Assembly (NCBI GenBank): GCA_002104905.1
Contig: MCFE01000123.1
Span: 97,574 to 161,573 of the forward strand
Source of the DNA: Basidiobolus meristosporus CBS 931.73
Lineage: Eukaryota; Fungi; Basidiobolomycota
Reading direction: 5' to 3'
Length of the DNA stretch: 64,000 bases
The notes below the pieces were generated by a model. The model was not told the DNA's origin. It saw nothing but the letters and a program-made list of their open reading frames with translations, and made no database searches. Shown in pieces: positions 61,479-64,000 of this stretch; within the stretch, counting starts at the first letter, position 1, and each line of letters starts with the position of its first letter. A program made the position numbers and the translations under genes.

Positions 61479-62987
61479 TCAGGCAGAGGTTGTAGCTTCT
61501 TCAGAGGCAGCATTGACAATGTGACCTGCAGAGTCCCAGAGCTCTTCAAATGGTGCATCACTTAAGTCAGCAAGGAGGGAAATGGCATGGTTCTTGAGGA
61601 AGTATGCCACATCATAGGAGGGGGCTTGTCTCTTGATGGCAGCAAAGAAAGACAGAATGGCAACATGGGCTGGAGGCTTGTTGAACAGTAGAGAGTCAGA
61701 GGATTCAGATTCTTCAGGCACTATCTTGAAGTCAGTTTTCAGCCAGTTAAGGTTCTTCTCCACAAAGGCAACAAATGGGTCAGCAATGTTTTGGTCTAGG
61801 ATAACCTCCAGAATCTTCCCTTTTCTCCAGGCCAGGTTGACAATTCTTGAGAGCTGAATATTGCATGCCTTGAGTGCTTTCCTGATGTTGGAAATGGGAG
61901 TCCAGGGAACTTGCTTCAAGTACACCACAGTCCAGGTAGAAGCTGGTGGTAGGTTTGCTGGGGGCTTGTAAGTCCTTCTGTGTTGCAATGGAGCTGCAGT
62001 AGTCAGATTGGAGTCCACATTCTCAGTAGAAGGTTTTCTTGATGTGTCTTGCTGAATAGTACTGGAGCTGGATGTGCTGATAATTCTTGCTAGAACCTTG
62101 CCTGCATAAGTCTGAGGTATAGCTGAGGTGACTGTAGAGGTGGTGGCAGCTGGTGCAGGTGGAGAGGCAGAGACTGAAGCAGGAACTGAGGTCACCTGGG
62201 AGAAGGCAGTGGAAGCAGGTTTTCTGGGAGGAACAGAGTTCACTATCCAGTTGTTCTGTAAAACACTGGAGTAGCTTTTCTGTGGAACAGGATCTTGCTC
62301 TTGAACAGGAACAGAAGCAGGAGGCTGGGGCTGAGCAGTAGTGGTAAGGCAGTGGCACTCCAAGGAAGCTTTTTGCAAGGCATCTCTGGCAGTTTTCAGG
62401 GCAGTATTGGCTTCATTCTTGAGCTTCTTGCATTGGGCATCCAGTCTCTTGTTTTCAATAGCCAGGGCAGTATTGGCAGCCTCTAAATCAGCAATTCTCT
62501 TCTCAATTGCAAGGAATCTCTGAAGAAATGCATCAGTAGAAGTGCTGGCATCTGGGAGAGCAGTGGCAGGAATAGAGTCCATTGACAGTGGGCTTCTTGG
62601 AGGCAAGGAAAGTGGACTGGCAGATTCAGGCACAAAAGGAGATATCCTGGCAGGAGGAGAAGGAGTATCCAAGGCAGTAACAGAGGCAATTCTTGTTGGT
62701 GAAGCAGCAGCAGGGGAGGCAAGCCTGTTCAGAAACTGGGCAGGAGAGAGTGCTTGAGGAGAGGGAGTCTTCAGCTTGCCAAGCATGTCTTCCATCAGAG
62801 TGATACCAATATTCCTGGTGCATTTGCAGAGAAAAGTAAGCTTCCTGAGTCTGCCAGCTCTTCCATTCCTTCTGATAGTTCCTTTGTTTCCACAGTTGGG
62901 GCAAGAAATCTTCTTGACAGACTTGTCAAAGCAATCAAGAACCTTCCTTTCAGGTGTAGTGGGCTCCTGTTGAGGTTTTGGTGGCAT
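61479..62987 (-). CDS. LINE ORF1 (gag-like), 502 aa, intact
   Basis: ATG at 62987; N-terminal CPNC...CKC zinc motif, Pro/Ser-rich linker, coiled coil (RFLAIEKRIADLEAAN...), putative RRM-like block TVVYLKQVP...IRKALKACNIQLSRIVNLAW. Confidence 0.85.
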   Translation of the reverse strand: MPPKPQQEPTTPERKVLDCFDKSVKKISCPNCGNKGTIRRNGRAGRLRKLTFLCKCTRNIGITLMEDMLGKLKTPSPQALSPAQFLNRLASPAAASPTRIASVTALDTPSPPARISPFVPESASPLSLPPRSPLSMDSIPATALPDASTSTDAFLQRFLAIEKRIADLEAANTALAIENKRLDAQCKKLKNEANTALKTARDALQKASLECHCLTTTAQPQPPASVPVQEQDPVPQKSYSSVLQNNWIVNSVPPRKPASTAFSQVTSVPASVSASPPAPAATTSTVTSAIPQTYAGKVLARIISTSSSSTIQQDTSRKPSTENVDSNLTTAAPLQHRRTYKPPANLPPASTWTVVYLKQVPWTPISNIRKALKACNIQLSRIVNLAWRKGKILEVILDQNIADPFVAFVEKNLNWLKTDFKIVPEESESSDSLLFNKPPAHVAILSFFAAIKRQAPSYDVAYFLKNHAISLLADLSDAPFEELWDSAGHIVNAASEEATTSA

Positions 62988-63225
62988 ATCCAGAGTTTCA
63001 GCTTCAAATTTCAATTTTTGAGATTTTTGGGTGATTTTTGATGGGCGGGATCAAAATTAGGGTTAGGGTTGCGCGCTGTGACTGCTTTTTACGATTGCAA
63101 GGTCAGAATCCTAGGAAAAAATAAAAATACTTAGTAAAGGTGATTTAATGGATGGATGGATGGATTCGGAGTCAGATTCAATCAAAAAATCAAATCGTTG
63201 ACTAATTTAAAGAGGAGGGTTAGGG

Positions 63226-63751
63226 TAGGGGGAGGAAAGTCACCAAGTGGTGAAATCTTTATTTACTTATGACAAGTATCTAAAGAAGCCAAGTTAATCT
63301 GAAGTTATTCCTAGAAAGCTAGGTCTGAGAGATATCTTCCTGGTAAGCCAGGTCTGAGAGTTGAGAAGCTGAGTGGTACTATATTTCCTAGTTAGCTAGG
63401 TCTGAGAGTTGTTTCCTGGAAAGCCAGGCCTGAGAAGTGAGAATCTGAATATATCTGAGCTAAGTTATACTGGTTTGCGGTAGCTGAATTGTGGCCGGAA
63501 TGGCCAGTAGACTGGGGGAACTGAGAGGAATTTCTGGGCGATCACTGGCCAAATTTACTAGGCAAATCTGGCCAATTAGCATTTCAAGGATTTCAGCCAA
63601 TCAGAGCCTTTACTTTGCCCAATGGTTGATCAAGCCATCTCCCAATGAGCACACATCAATTTATTGATCAAATTTTGTTGGATCCAGGATTTGAACCCAC
63701 AACCATGGGTATGGAAGGGTTAGGGATAACCACAAGGCTAAGTGTTCTTGG
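63226..63751 (-). mobile_element. Non-coding tRNA-headed SINE-like element, copy 2 (complete head)
   Basis: A-box-like TAGCCTTGTGG (63740-63730) and B-box GGTTCAAATCC (63697-63687) 32 nt apart; hairpin-rich body; LINE-shared 3' tail. Confidence 0.82.
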
Positions 63752-63759
63752 TTAAGGGT

Positions 63760-63798
63760 TAGGGGAGGAAGTCACCAAGTGGTGAATCTTATTATGAC
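63760..63798 (-). mobile_element. About 40-bp 3' stub of the same family directly under the terminal telomere tract
   Basis: GAGGAAGTCACCAAGTGGTGAATCTTATTATGAC matches the SINE tail with homopolymer shortening. Confidence 0.7.
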
Positions 63799-63839
<41 letters not shown>

Positions 63840-64000
63840 GGTTAGGGTTAGGGTTAGGGTTAGGGTTAGGGTTAGGGTTAGGGTTAGGGTTAGGGTTAGG
63901 GTTAGGGTTAGGGTTAGGGTTAGGGTTAGGGTTAGGGTTAGGGTTAGGGTTAGGGTTAGGGTTAGGGTTAGGGTTAGGGTTAGGGTTAGGGTTAGGGTTA
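63799..64000 (+). repeat. Telomere (TTAGGG)n, about 33 units to the window end
   Basis: Near-perfect TTAGGG array with one TTTAGGG variant, G-rich strand running 5'->3' outward. Confidence 0.99.

Larger units (their letters stand above)
58651..63056 (-). mobile_element. Full-length APE-type non-LTR retrotransposon (insertion D); 5' leader may extend to ~63216
   Basis: ORF1, APE and RT in order; 3' tail GAGACAGTCACC-AACA-GGTGAAATCTTTATTT next to (TTAGGG)2 at 58639; (TTAGGG)2 at 63057. Confidence 0.93.

Noticed and set aside
56104-63056. Penelope-like (Athena/Coprina) telomeric element
   Set aside because: APE endonuclease, LINE-type RT motifs and a separate ORF1 indicate a non-LTR retrotransposon; no pseudo-LTRs seen.
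63687-63747. Functional tRNA gene
   Set aside because: Acceptor and anticodon stems do not pair; only the A/B boxes survive and the unit is embedded in a repeated element.

Overview
Right-hand end of a fungal chromosome (short GT-AG introns, terminal (TTAGGG)n; an early-diverging fungus is my inference from gene content and style). There are three zones. (1) 1-10.7 kb is a CpG-poor pile of nested, decayed Ty1/Copia elements. (2) 10.7-54.6 kb is CpG-rich and gene-dense: GLE1, PI31-like, GH9, tetraspanin, arrestin, PHO88, DEAD-box helicase, TatD, ENA-type ATPase, CaMKK-like kinase, RAD14, NCS2 and an MFS transporter, plus intronless bacterial-looking genes (imine reductase, type-2 deoC, alpha/beta hydrolase, SUKH-like protein). 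(3) 54.7-64 kb is the subtelomere and telomere. The most striking feature is at 55.95-63.8 kb: six same-orientation, head-to-tail retroelement insertions, each joined through a short TTAGGG-like tract. They comprise one full-length and one 5'-truncated APE-type non-LTR retrotransposon (two diverged subfamilies), two ~98% identical ~500-bp tRNA-headed SINE-like elements rich in hairpins, and two short 3' stubs. All share a 3' tail with an invariant TCACC/GGTGA stem running into telomeric repeat. In the full-length LINE, ORF1 and ORF2 are in frame, separated by one UGA-CUA stop with no AUG for ORF2, and I found no CpG in ~4.3 kb. This looks like a telomere-targeted LINE/SINE system alternating with telomerase-type repeat addition. 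Exon boundaries of spliced genes are approximate. Several single-base frameshifts may be assembly errors.
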